A stretch of 21,391 bases of DNA from Bdellovibrio sp. (GTDB lineage: Bacteria; Bdellovibrionota; Bdellovibrionia; Bdellovibrionales; Bdellovibrionaceae), in NCBI GenBank assembly GCA_046318155.1, contig JBKCUU010000033.1:1-21391 (forward strand), in the 5' to 3' direction. The position numbers and the translations under genes are program-made. This document shows, piece after piece, positions 8,020 to 16,393 of the stretch. Below the pieces are notes generated by a model that saw nothing but the letters and a program-made list of their open reading frames with translations, ran no database searches and had not been told where the DNA came from. Position 1 is the first letter of the stretch. The number at the start of each line of letters is the position of its first letter.

Positions 8020-9339
8020 TTACATGGCCTTAGAAAACTCTCGCTGCTGACGCTGGTGCTGGCGTTGTTCCTGCGCTTCAAGTCGCTTTCGGTACTGCAA
8101 AAGCTTGGCTTGCCCGAGATCAGATTTCAGAGCCATGTAAACATAATCCATTTCATCTTGTGTGTTGTTGATGGTGTCCTCTTTGGTGTCAATTTTGAGC
8201 TCTCGCTCAATGTATTCAATAAACGCTCTGTTGTGCGCCTTAGCCCAGCTCTCGATCGTCGATGTCGAAACTGAATCCTTGCCGGCCTCATCAAAACGCC
8301 AGAGAGAGTTCGACCAAAAGGGATTAATCCCAACTTTGGGTGGATATCCAGCTGCGATATCGAGCTCAATTTTTTTCTTGAAGTTAAGACCTTTTGCAAC
8401 CACATCGACAAGATAGGCATCGCTCACATCTCGAAAAACGAGTTTGCCCGTTGGTTTCAGATTGCGGTCAAGCTGGAGGAGCATATTTTGTGGATTGGGG
8501 GTCGCCATCTGAAGTCCTGTTCTGAGCAAGAGCCTCGCCTTGGCTTCCCCAAGTAGCTGCGCATAGGCCCTTTCAAAAAAAGCCTCGAAAGAGGTGCCGT
8601 TGATTTGAGCAATCTCGCGGCCAACGTAAGGAATCGAGAGCGCAGGCAAATAGTAGTTTCCATCATCCGTCGCTCTGACATCCCTGACGACCATGCCAAT
8701 TCCTGTTTTTTTCTCGGCGACGGTCATGACTTCACCCAGCATCATGATCACGGGATCAACGCCAAAAAGTTGATCAACCTCTTTCATGTGATTTGTATGG
8801 ATGAGGGCCGAGTCGATATCGTCATTCGTTTTAATTTTTGAAGGTTGGTATTCACCTCGAGGCCCATGAGGATGGTCGGTGGCAAGTTTGATGGTGTAAC
8901 CCCTGAGGTCCCCCGTCAGCGCCAAAGATCTTGAAGACGTCATATAGACAGAAATCGAATCGGTCGAAGGGGATTCCCGAAAGGGAACTTCGGGAGAAAG
9001 GTTATAAGGATGCTTCGCCCACAGAATATCGCCCTGCTCTGTTTTGAATAAATTGATCAGTTTGGAGGGAGCATCGGAGGTGACCACGACATCGACAGCA
9101 GCGGGGCTCAAGCGCACCAGCGGAACTTCAATGGTCGTTGTGGGCTTATGATATTGCTTAAGGTTTGCCGTTTGCTCCCATTTCAGCCACTGCATATAGG
9201 CGTCCTCTGAGACAAGTTTTCGGACGGCGGCAGACTGGCTGATCTTGCTAAAAACCGAGTGGCACGAATTTTTGGCCAGCACAGCGGGCGCCGAAAACGT
9301 CAGCACAAGTGCGGGAACAAGATTTAAGAGCAATTTCAC
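8020..9339 (-). CDS. exported IucA/IucC (NIS synthetase)-like protein, 439 aa
   Basis: GGAGG RBS before GTG 9339 and signal peptide ending AVLA. Motifs KHPYN, TSSRSL...IKL and PQNMLL...LVFRD.SD resemble the HPxQ, SxRT..KL and QN..RD motifs of NIS synthetases. Confidence 0.6.
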   Translation of the reverse strand: MKLLLNLVPALVLTFSAPAVLAKNSCHSVFSKISQSAAVRKLVSEDAYMQWLKWEQTANLKQYHKPTTTIEVPLVRLSPAAVDVVVTSDAPSKLINLFKTEQGDILWAKHPYNLSPEVPFRESPSTDSISVYMTSSRSLALTGDLRGYTIKLATDHPHGPRGEYQPSKIKTNDDIDSALIHTNHMKEVDQLFGVDPVIMMLGEVMTVAEKKTGIGMVVRDVRATDDGNYYLPALSIPYVGREIAQINGTSFEAFFERAYAQLLGEAKARLLLRTGLQMATPNPQNMLLQLDRNLKPTGKLVFRDVSDAYLVDVVAKGLNFKKKIELDIAAGYPPKVGINPFWSNSLWRFDEAGKDSVSTSTIESWAKAHNRAFIEYIERELKIDTKEDTINNTQDEMDYVYMALKSDLGQAKLLQYRKRLEAQEQRQHQRQQREFSKAM

Positions 9340-9682
9340 AGTCGACCTCCTACGGTTCAGTCGATCGACCGGGAGCAAAAACGAGTCCGAGCCCGAGCCT
9401 GGACTAGGACTCGCGGGGCCGTCCAAGCTCTAGACACGTCCCATTTTTGGCGCTTGGCGTGGAAGGTGCCAAGAGTAGAGAACGGAGCCAGACAATACTC
9501 GCGAAAAAAATCTACTGGAGGGAATGCGGGATCCTCGGACTACCGAGGCAAAACGCTGGCCTCCTCAGGTCGCAAAGAACCAAAGAACCAATAAAGCTGA
9601 CCATTCTCGTGACAGTTTGATAGTTTTTTCATCCCAGTTTTCGTGAGTTCAAAGGCATCAAGGGGACGCCGTTTCTGAAAGG

Positions 9683-9698
9683 TGGCACCGTTCTTGGA
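9683..9698 (+). promoter_or_regulatory. sigma54-like promoter (variant -12)
   Basis: TGGCACCGTTCTTGGA has a perfect TGGCAC with TTGG in place of TTGC, upstream of the RBS and ATG 9736. Confidence 0.4.
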
Positions 9699-9735
9699 AC
9701 AGTTCCAATCGAACAAAGAACCTGGGAGGTTCGAG

Positions 9736-10200
9736 ATGAAACGCGCTCGACTTGGAATTTTAGGACTCCTGACCGTCTCGAGCATCGCGCTCGCCCAAAG
9801 TGGACCACCCGAGTATGAACTGTTGTGCCGGATCAAAGCCAAAGAGCTTGCTGTTGACATGTACCGCGGCTGCATCACAACTTCACGCACTCAGCAAATT
9901 GATCAGCTCAAAAAAGAATACCAAGATAAATTGCGTGCGATGAAAAGTGATTACGAGTCGCAAATTAAGAAACTCACGGGCACGAAAGCCTCTTCGCAAT
10001 TACCATCCAAGAAAAAGCTGTCCAGCAAAGTGGCAAAACTCAAGCCTGAGCCTAAAGCCATCGCCCCTCGTCCTGATGGCCTGATGGAAGAAATGACTAT
10101 CGAAACAAAATCAGCACCACTCCAAAGTGGTGACGAGTCGATGCTCGATATCCCCGAGCCGACACCAATTGAAGACGTTCCTTCGGCTGGAACTTATTGA
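9736..10200 (+). CDS. exported hypothetical coiled-coil protein, 154 aa
   Basis: GGGAGG RBS and signal peptide MKRARLGILGLLTVSSIALA. Cys pair, helical QIDQLKKEYQDKL segment and a K/P-rich then acidic tail. Confidence 0.8.
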   Translation: MKRARLGILGLLTVSSIALAQSGPPEYELLCRIKAKELAVDMYRGCITTSRTQQIDQLKKEYQDKLRAMKSDYESQIKKLTGTKASSQLPSKKKLSSKVAKLKPEPKAIAPRPDGLMEEMTIETKSAPLQSGDESMLDIPEPTPIEDVPSAGTY

Positions 10201-10961
10201 CTAACGCATAAATAATCGATGGGGGTGTGATCCGTAATCACCGAATCAAGGCCCCAGCGCCAGAACTTTTCGACTTGCGGTTGTTCATTGACCGTCCAGA
10301 CGACGGTCTTAAATCCTTGCGATTGCCACTGTTGAACCGAATCTTCTGTCGAAAACATCGATTGTTCGAGATGGATCGAATGAAGTTTTAGAAACGGCGC
10401 CAGCCACATTTCTCGCAGCGCTCTTGCCTCTAAATCCGGGGCCACAAGCAAGCCGCGAGGAACTTCGGGAAGCAAGCTTTGCATCTTCCACAAACTGAAC
10501 GGATTAAAACTCGAAAACAAGATCCGCTCACCTGCCCCGCATTTTTTAACGACGTCGACGATTCGGCGCTCGAGTGGATCATTAAAGACTTCGGATGATT
10601 TGATCTCGACGTTAAAAAGCCGCGGTGCCTGGGGATGGCAAAGAACTTCGGCCAACGTCGCGACCGAAAAAAACTGCCTCAACTCGGCAAGCGTGGTCTC
10701 GAGCAATCGACCTTGACGCTGAGTCAATCTTTGAAAGTTCTCATCATGAAATAAAACCGGGATTTGATCTTTTGTCACGCGCACGTCGAGCTCAGCCATC
10801 TTAGCGCCTTGGCGAGCGGCCTCAAGCAAAGCGGGCAATGTATTTTCGATCAACCCTGTGCCGGCGTGCAATCCGCGGTGCGCCTGCCAGTTTGGAAGCT
10901 CAAATGGCGCCGTCCACCTTTGCGCTCTCAGATTTTTTTGCAAAACCGTGGCGAGAGTCAC
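10194..10961 (-). CDS. glycerophosphodiester phosphodiesterase (GDPD/UgpQ family), 255 aa
   Basis: Motifs AHRG, ENT, ELDVRVTKD..PVLFHD, NVEIK, SSFN, VWTVN and VITD. GTG start overlaps the upstream TGA (GTGA). Confidence 0.93.
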   Translation of the reverse strand: MTLATVLQKNLRAQRWTAPFELPNWQAHRGLHAGTGLIENTLPALLEAARQGAKMAELDVRVTKDQIPVLFHDENFQRLTQRQGRLLETTLAELRQFFSVATLAEVLCHPQAPRLFNVEIKSSEVFNDPLERRIVDVVKKCGAGERILFSSFNPFSLWKMQSLLPEVPRGLLVAPDLEARALREMWLAPFLKLHSIHLEQSMFSTEDSVQQWQSQGFKTVVWTVNEQPQVEKFWRWGLDSVITDHTPIDYLCVSQ

Positions 10962-12955
10962 TTCGTATGTCCTTGCTCATACCCCGGAAGCGCGCGAGTG
11001 CCCTTAAGCTCCCAACGCGTTTCGGTCCCTTGCTGAAGACGAACGATATCGCCCGAGAGCTCGCCCTTTTCGTTCCAGCCGCCTTCCGACCTTAAGCTTG
11101 CAGAACCCACTTTGATCGCGGGCATTTTCCATTTTAAAACCTGAAAGTCTTTTGATTCGAGCTGAAGGCGAAGCTGATCGGATTCGTAAGTCTGCTCACT
11201 CACTCCGAGAAAAGGGTTTAAAGTTTCAAGCAAGGGCGACGGACGGCGCAGCTTGAGGCGCTTGCCAACAAATTCAAATATAAATGCATCCGCCCGCGAC
11301 GGATTGGAGGTGACACTCAAGTTTGCACGGGCGACTTCAAGATTTTCGATCACCAGATCGGTGACCAACAAATGCCCCTTGAGCTTTTGAACTGTCCCGG
11401 ATTGTAAGACACCATCGATCTCGCCGCTCCAAGCACCCAGGCTTCCGCCCCCGGTCATTAATTTTTGCACGTTCGGTTGCAAGCTCATCTCGTCGATATC
11501 GAGAACCGCGTGAACACTTTTCCAATACCGGTCGGCTTTGACTTTGACCGATCCTAAAAACAAACCCTCGAGTGGACGGATCCGGTCAATCAACACAGAC
11601 CATTCTTCATTGCGAAAGATCGCCTTGCCGCCGATCAAGCTGAGGGTTTGAATCTCACGCGAGCCGCGGTTCGAAAAAACAAACTGCAAGCCCGAGTTCT
11701 CTCCGGCAAGTTCATAGTGCTTGTCATCTTGATAACTGAGCAGACCATTAAAACTTCCGAGCTCACCCAAAATGGGCGTTTGGATTGGAATCTGCAAAAA
11801 ACTAAAAATCTTTTCGAGTCTAACCCCGCGAAGTCCGATCTTAAACGGCTTCATCTTGAGCGGCGACACTTGCTCAAAACTGATTTTATCAGACTCGATC
11901 TCGCCCAAGTCACCTTCAAGTTTGAGGTCTTTGAGGTTCAGGCGCATCAGCGGCCCCAGTGGCTGAGCCTCGCCCTCGGCGGTCGAAAGATGAAAGGAGA
12001 TCCAGGCTTGTTTGCCGCTCAAATCAGCAGTCACCCCATTTTCGCGGTGAAGCAGGGTCACGAGCGGCGACAAGGGCAAATGCTCGGCCTTAAAGTCGAT
12101 TTTGGACGTGCGCTTTTGCACTTCAGATTCGGCTTTAAGACGGTACGTTCCCTCGCGCCATGTCCCTTGCGCGCGCAGCTCCAGAAAAGGTTCAGGCAAA
12201 TCTCGATAGTCGATCGTGAAGTCTGCGCTTGAACCGTAGTCGCCGGCCAAACTCTCGGTCGGTAAAATCAAAGTGCCCTTGGCTTGCAAAGTTTTTAACT
12301 CGGGCCGAGCATTCACTCGAACACGACGGATCTCTAGTCCCGAGAGCCGTTCGTTCGGCGCCTGAACTCGAACCGATTTAATCAAAATATTTTCAACGGG
12401 ATTGCGTTTTTCGGCGGCGACTTCGAGCGGCGCTTTTTGCGTGCCTTTGGCAGACGAAGGAGCGGGCGCAGGTGAGGCGCTTGTTTCAATCGCAGGCGCG
12501 CGCGCGCAGCTTTCGGGGATTTCTTGCAGGACCAAATCGCTATGCCCAATTTCGACGGTGGCGAGTCGCACGCGGCCACGAATGAGCTCCATGATTTCAA
12601 GGGGCAATCGGACCTGATCGACATTGAGTTCAGGACTCATCTGACAAGGCAAGTCCACGCTCGCTCGAACATTGTTGATGACAACCGCCAGCTCTGGAAA
12701 GAGGCCGTCGGATAAACTCAAAGCAGCGGAAGCAAATTCGATTTTGACGTCTTTGTGAACTTGGCCCGCCGCTTGATGGACCAGCGCCGTAATTTTTTCG
12801 GAAGAAAAGGTCGCACGAAACGCAAGTCCCACAAAAAGGACCGTCAGCGTGCCGGCTAAGCTCCAAAACAAACCGGGTTGCTCGGCGACGAGGCTTCGGC
12901 TCTCTTCAGGATGAGGCGTCTTGCGACCAGGAATCATCCCATTATTGTCGCGCAA
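10958..12955 (-). CDS. membrane-anchored beta-rich protein, AsmA-like (inferred)
   Basis: Single N-terminal TM helix followed by about 600 aa of alternating beta-strand pattern. Start is TTG 12955 (GAGG upstream) or ATG 12937. Confidence 0.6.
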   Translation of the reverse strand: MRDNNGMIPGRKTPHPEESRSLVAEQPGLFWSLAGTLTVLFVGLAFRATFSSEKITALVHQAAGQVHKDVKIEFASAALSLSDGLFPELAVVINNVRASVDLPCQMSPELNVDQVRLPLEIMELIRGRVRLATVEIGHSDLVLQEIPESCARAPAIETSASPAPAPSSAKGTQKAPLEVAAEKRNPVENILIKSVRVQAPNERLSGLEIRRVRVNARPELKTLQAKGTLILPTESLAGDYGSSADFTIDYRDLPEPFLELRAQGTWREGTYRLKAESEVQKRTSKIDFKAEHLPLSPLVTLLHRENGVTADLSGKQAWISFHLSTAEGEAQPLGPLMRLNLKDLKLEGDLGEIESDKISFEQVSPLKMKPFKIGLRGVRLEKIFSFLQIPIQTPILGELGSFNGLLSYQDDKHYELAGENSGLQFVFSNRGSREIQTLSLIGGKAIFRNEEWSVLIDRIRPLEGLFLGSVKVKADRYWKSVHAVLDIDEMSLQPNVQKLMTGGGSLGAWSGEIDGVLQSGTVQKLKGHLLVTDLVIENLEVARANLSVTSNPSRADAFIFEFVGKRLKLRRPSPLLETLNPFLGVSEQTYESDQLRLQLESKDFQVLKWKMPAIKVGSASLRSEGGWNEKGELSGDIVRLQQGTETRWELKGTRALPGYEQGHTK

Positions 12956-13007
12956 CTCGCCTCAAATGAGCAAACATCTTGGTGAGACAATTTGAATTGA
13001 ACAGGAA

Positions 13008-13496
13008 CTAGACGAACTTGAAAGAAACGATTTCGTAGTCGTGATCACCCTTGGGGCTTTGCACGGTGACAACATCGCCTTTTTTCTTGCCGATCATGGC
13101 GCGTGCCATGGGCGAGAGAATCGAGATTTTGCCTGCTTTAACATCAGCTTCGTCGAGACCGACGATTTGGTAGGTCGACTCGGTATCGTCTTCAAGACTT
13201 TGCAATTGGACTGTTGCTCCAAAAACAACACGGTCCGAAACGATTTTTGAAGGGATAATGACTTCGGCCATCGCAATCTTTGCTTGAAGCTCCGCAATGC
13301 GCCCTTCGATCATCGCCTGACGGTCTTTGGCTGACTCATATTCGGCATTCTCAGAGATATCACCGTGAGAACGAGCCTCTTCGATGGCCTTGATCACGGC
13401 TGGACGTTCTTCGTGGAGAAGACGTTTCAACTCGAGATCGAGCAGGCTCTTGCCATGCGCTGTCATTGGAAGCTTATCTACGATGTCGACGCCCAT
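13008..13496 (-). CDS. greA: transcription elongation factor GreA, 162 aa
   Basis: GGAGGA RBS before ATG 13496. Motifs ERP.VI.AIEEARSHGDISENAEYESAK, GRI, FGATV, YQIVG.DEAD..ISILSPMARAMIGK. Confidence 0.97.
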   Translation of the reverse strand: MGVDIVDKLPMTAHGKSLLDLELKRLLHEERPAVIKAIEEARSHGDISENAEYESAKDRQAMIEGRIAELQAKIAMAEVIIPSKIVSDRVVFGATVQLQSLEDDTESTYQIVGLDEADVKAGKISILSPMARAMIGKKKGDVVTVQSPKGDHDYEIVSFKFV

Positions 13497-13644
13497 GTCA
13501 TCCTCCTGCAAACGAGACCAGGAACCGTAGCAAGACCCTTCGAGATGAGCAAGACCCCCGTCTAGATATGACGCGTTATCTATGAAGAGAATGTCCCAAC
13601 TGGCCGAAAAGTGAGGTGATCGTCTGTGTGATTGGAGTTCTGGG

Positions 13645-14652
13645 TTGAAACAACTGGCTGAACGCATCTTAAAAGCAAATACGCTCCTGCTCTCGACGCA
13701 CCGTCAATGCGACGGTGACGGCCTCGGGGCCGAACTCGCGCTGGGGTTTGCGCTTCGCAAACTAGGCAAAACCGTCCACATCGTGAATGTCGATGCGACG
13801 CCAAAGAAGTACCGCTTCTTAAAACCGGATCAGTGGATTCAGTACTTTGAAGACGATCCAAATTTGCCGGCCAGTGTGGATCTGACGCTGATCTTTGACA
13901 CCAATGATGAGCGTCTGATCGAACCTTTGTTTCCGCACCTCGAGCGGATTTCAAAAGCGATTTCGTTTGTTGATCATCACCCCGTTTTGAGGCAAGGCCC
14001 CTCGCCCTCGCGCGAATCGGTCATCGATGTGCGCGCCGCCAGCACCGGTGAGCTCGCGCACCGAATTATCAAAGAGTTGAAGATCCCGCTCGACCGCGAG
14101 ATTGCGCGCTGCCTTTACACCGCAATCACCTTTGACACTCAGCTTTACCGCTTTATCCGCAACTCACCGAATTCGCATCGAATCGCGGCCGAGCTGCTAG
14201 AATACGATATCGATCCCGAGGAGATTCATCGCCACTTGTTTGGTGGACAGACGGTTCAGAAGATGGCTTTTTTGGCCAAAGCTTTAGGACAAATCGAGTA
14301 CTTTGCGGAAGGGCGCCTGGCCGTATTAAAACTACAAGACCGCGATCTCTTTCATTACAACTTGGAACCCGATGAATCACGTGATGTGATCGACATGGTG
14401 ATGACAATTGAATCCCTTGAGGCCGCCGCCTTGTTTCGTGAAGAGTCGCCGGGGCACTACAAGCTCTCTTTGCGCTCAAAGGGCGAGATCGAAGTTCTTT
14501 CGGTGGCCGAGAGCCTAGGCGGCGGCGGACATGTGCACGCAGCCGGGGCCTCGATACGTGGACCTTTTGATAAAATTAAAGAGCAAGTCATACGAGAAAT
14601 GACCCAAAAACTGATGCTGGCCAAAAAAACAATTGCGAAGACCGGGACCTAA
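13645..14652 (+). CDS. nrnA: DHH/DHHA1 family phosphoesterase (NrnA-like oligoribonuclease/pAp phosphatase), 335 aa
   Basis: GGAG RBS before TTG. Motifs TH..CDGDGLG, IFDT, VDHH, ASTGEL, FDT, SLRS and GGGGH.HAAG. Confidence 0.9.
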   Translation: MKQLAERILKANTLLLSTHRQCDGDGLGAELALGFALRKLGKTVHIVNVDATPKKYRFLKPDQWIQYFEDDPNLPASVDLTLIFDTNDERLIEPLFPHLERISKAISFVDHHPVLRQGPSPSRESVIDVRAASTGELAHRIIKELKIPLDREIARCLYTAITFDTQLYRFIRNSPNSHRIAAELLEYDIDPEEIHRHLFGGQTVQKMAFLAKALGQIEYFAEGRLAVLKLQDRDLFHYNLEPDESRDVIDMVMTIESLEAAALFREESPGHYKLSLRSKGEIEVLSVAESLGGGGHVHAAGASIRGPFDKIKEQVIREMTQKLMLAKKTIAKTGT

Positions 14653-14685
14653 CGCCGGCTTTTGAACAAAGGAAGCTGAGGAGTT

Positions 14686-14940
14686 TTGAAACCGAAACCT
14701 CGTTCAGAGATTATCTGCCGGTGCAACAACGTCAGTCGTGACACGATCGAAACTTGTATCCGCGGCGGTGCAAAAACTTTGAATGAGATTTTTGATCAAA
14801 CCGCAGCGGGCGTTGGCCCTTGCGGCGGCTCATGCCGGCGAAAACTGGGACCTATGCTCGAGCACTATACCGCGACGGGCAGCTTTCCTGAAAAACTGAA
14901 AACCGATATGACCGGAAAAAAGCCACCGGGCGGTGATTAA
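14686..14940 (+). CDS. BFD-like [2Fe-2S]-binding protein, 84 aa
   Basis: GAGGAG before TTG. IICRCNNV...GAKTLNEI..T.AG.GPCGGSC motif. Confidence 0.85.
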   Translation: MKPKPRSEIICRCNNVSRDTIETCIRGGAKTLNEIFDQTAAGVGPCGGSCRRKLGPMLEHYTATGSFPEKLKTDMTGKKPPGGD

Positions 14941-15386
14941 GACTGTTCAGACGCCGAGCGGTCCCTGGCTAAGCGATAACTTAAAATTCTTTGAACGTCG
15001 GGCCTGCACGTTCCGCAAGCCGTACTTGCCGATGTTCGGCGCGAGACGCGCTCGCAGGTGTGTGCGCCAGCAAGGATCGCTTGATCCACCATTTCGGTCG
15101 CAACCGAGCGGCAGTGGCAGACTTCAAGATGCTCGTAAGGATAGGCCCACTCCCCGCGCACGCGCAAGATCAGCTCTCGCAGCATCATGGCCGCGTGACC
15201 GTCGCCCTCGGGTAAACTCCACGCCGAGGGATCTGCGCCGTGCTGAGTGGTCAGCTGCTGAACAAGCTTGGTGATTTCGGCACAGCCGATCACCTCGAAC
15301 GTCCATCCCAATGAAACAGGTGTGGCGACAAGCCGGTCGCGGCCTGGCATCTCAACTACAATTTGCTTTCGTTCGCTGAGGGTCAT
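14937..15386 (-). CDS. BFD-like [2Fe-2S] protein with degenerate IscU/NifU-N-like N-terminal domain, 149 aa
   Basis: C-terminal VCHCRSV...GAHT..V...TSASTACGTCRP. N-terminal PGRD..F...GC..LPEGDGHAAM. Confidence 0.8.
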   Translation of the reverse strand: MTLSERKQIVVEMPGRDRLVATPVSLGWTFEVIGCAEITKLVQQLTTQHGADPSAWSLPEGDGHAAMMLRELILRVRGEWAYPYEHLEVCHCRSVATEMVDQAILAGAHTCERVSRRTSASTACGTCRPDVQRILSYRLARDRSASEQS

Positions 15387-15392
15387 ACTTCT

Positions 15393-15421
15393 ATTGTCGA
15401 TGAAGCTCAAAATCTTGGCAA
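15393..15421 (-). promoter_or_regulatory. sigma70 promoter, probably driving a leaderless mRNA
   Basis: Minus strand reads TTGCCA-N17-GACAAT-N6-ATG(15386). Confidence 0.5.
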
Positions 15422-16335
15422 GCACCGCTCTGGCGGATTCAACCCGATTGATTCAAAAGGCAGCCCAAAGCCTGGGGATTGCTTTTGAAGTTTTATTGCT
15501 CGATCAGATTCAGATGTCTCCTGCGGGGATTTTGCATCAAAATGTCCAAGTTCTAGCCGACGCCAAAACTTTGATTTGGCCCCGGCTTGGCACGCTCTCG
15601 CGCGAGCGCGGGCTTGAGGTTTGCCGGCAGTTTGAAGCGCAAAGCTTTCGGCTTTTGAATTCATCTCAGGCGATGGAGCTCTCGTCAGACAAAATCATGA
15701 GCTTGAAAGCCTTAGGTGCGGCCGGGGTCCCTGTCCCGAAGACTTGGTTCTTCTCGCCTGAGGATCGACTCAAACTCGCGGACCTTGATACGAGTTCGGA
15801 GACAGAGAAAATTAAATTTTGGATCAAAACACAAATAGGTTCGCAAGGAATCGGCGTGAGTTGGGCGTATGACGCCATTCAAGCGTTGGCGCAAATGGAT
15901 TTGGTGCGGGTGAGTCATGGTGCGGGACTGATTCAAGCTCACGTGCAGGGCGAGGATCTTCGGGTGTTGGTCGACTCGGGACGCGTGCTGGGTGCGATGA
16001 GGCGCCAGGCAACGGGAGCTGACCCCAGAGCAAATTTGCATCAGGGTGCTGTCGCTGTGCGAACAAATCTCACCTTGCAAGAGACTCAAATCTCATTAAA
16101 GTCGGTCGAGATTTTAGGGCTCACCAACGCAGGCGTGGATCTCATTCGCTCTTCGTCTGGGACCGTCGTGATTGAAGTGAACCCAAGCCCCGGCCTGGTC
16201 GGTCTATCCAAATGCATGTCAGTCAATTTGAGCCTCGATGTTTTATCTTGGCATTTGGCGCACTCAAAGAAAGCGGTTACAACCAGAACATCGCTGGCCA
16301 AAGATCCAGCACGCAAATCACCCGGAAATACCTGA
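15400..16335 (+). CDS. RimK-family ATP-grasp ligase, 311 aa
   Basis: Motifs PRLG, LLNS.....SDK, GVPVPKT, IK...GSQGIGV, LIQ..V.GEDLRVLV, AMRR....RANLHQG, AGVDLIRS and VIEVNPSPG. ATG 15400 chosen to avoid overlap with the divergent gene. Confidence 0.9.
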   Translation: MKLKILASTALADSTRLIQKAAQSLGIAFEVLLLDQIQMSPAGILHQNVQVLADAKTLIWPRLGTLSRERGLEVCRQFEAQSFRLLNSSQAMELSSDKIMSLKALGAAGVPVPKTWFFSPEDRLKLADLDTSSETEKIKFWIKTQIGSQGIGVSWAYDAIQALAQMDLVRVSHGAGLIQAHVQGEDLRVLVDSGRVLGAMRRQATGADPRANLHQGAVAVRTNLTLQETQISLKSVEILGLTNAGVDLIRSSSGTVVIEVNPSPGLVGLSKCMSVNLSLDVLSWHLAHSKKAVTTRTSLAKDPARKSPGNT

Positions 16336-16358
16336 ACGAGTCCAAGACGCTTCGACCA

Positions 16359-16385
16359 TCAAGAAAATACTGCAAATACCGTTAC
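16359..16385 (+). promoter_or_regulatory. possible sigma28 (FliA)-like promoter
   Basis: TCAA-N15-ACCGTTAC upstream of ATG 16394, with several mismatches to TAAA-N15-GCCGATAA. Confidence 0.25.
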
Positions 16386-16393
16386 AGGAGTGA

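Noticed and set aside
11648..12232. 194-aa plus-strand ORF and other long antisense ORFs in the track
   Set aside because: They lie wholly opposite well-supported genes and have no motifs or RBS.
13497..13667. 57-aa N-terminal extension of GreA (likewise the extensions at 9340-9426, 9682-9735 and 15268-15399)
   Set aside because: Downstream starts have strong SD sequences, signal peptides or normal family lengths, and some extensions overlap neighbouring genes.
4903..16335. Single biosynthetic cluster made of three amide ligases (amidoligase-like, IucA-like, RimK-like) plus asparaginase
   Set aside because: The genes are scattered, on different strands, and separated by housekeeping genes (greA, nrnA). 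No precursor peptide or transporter links them.
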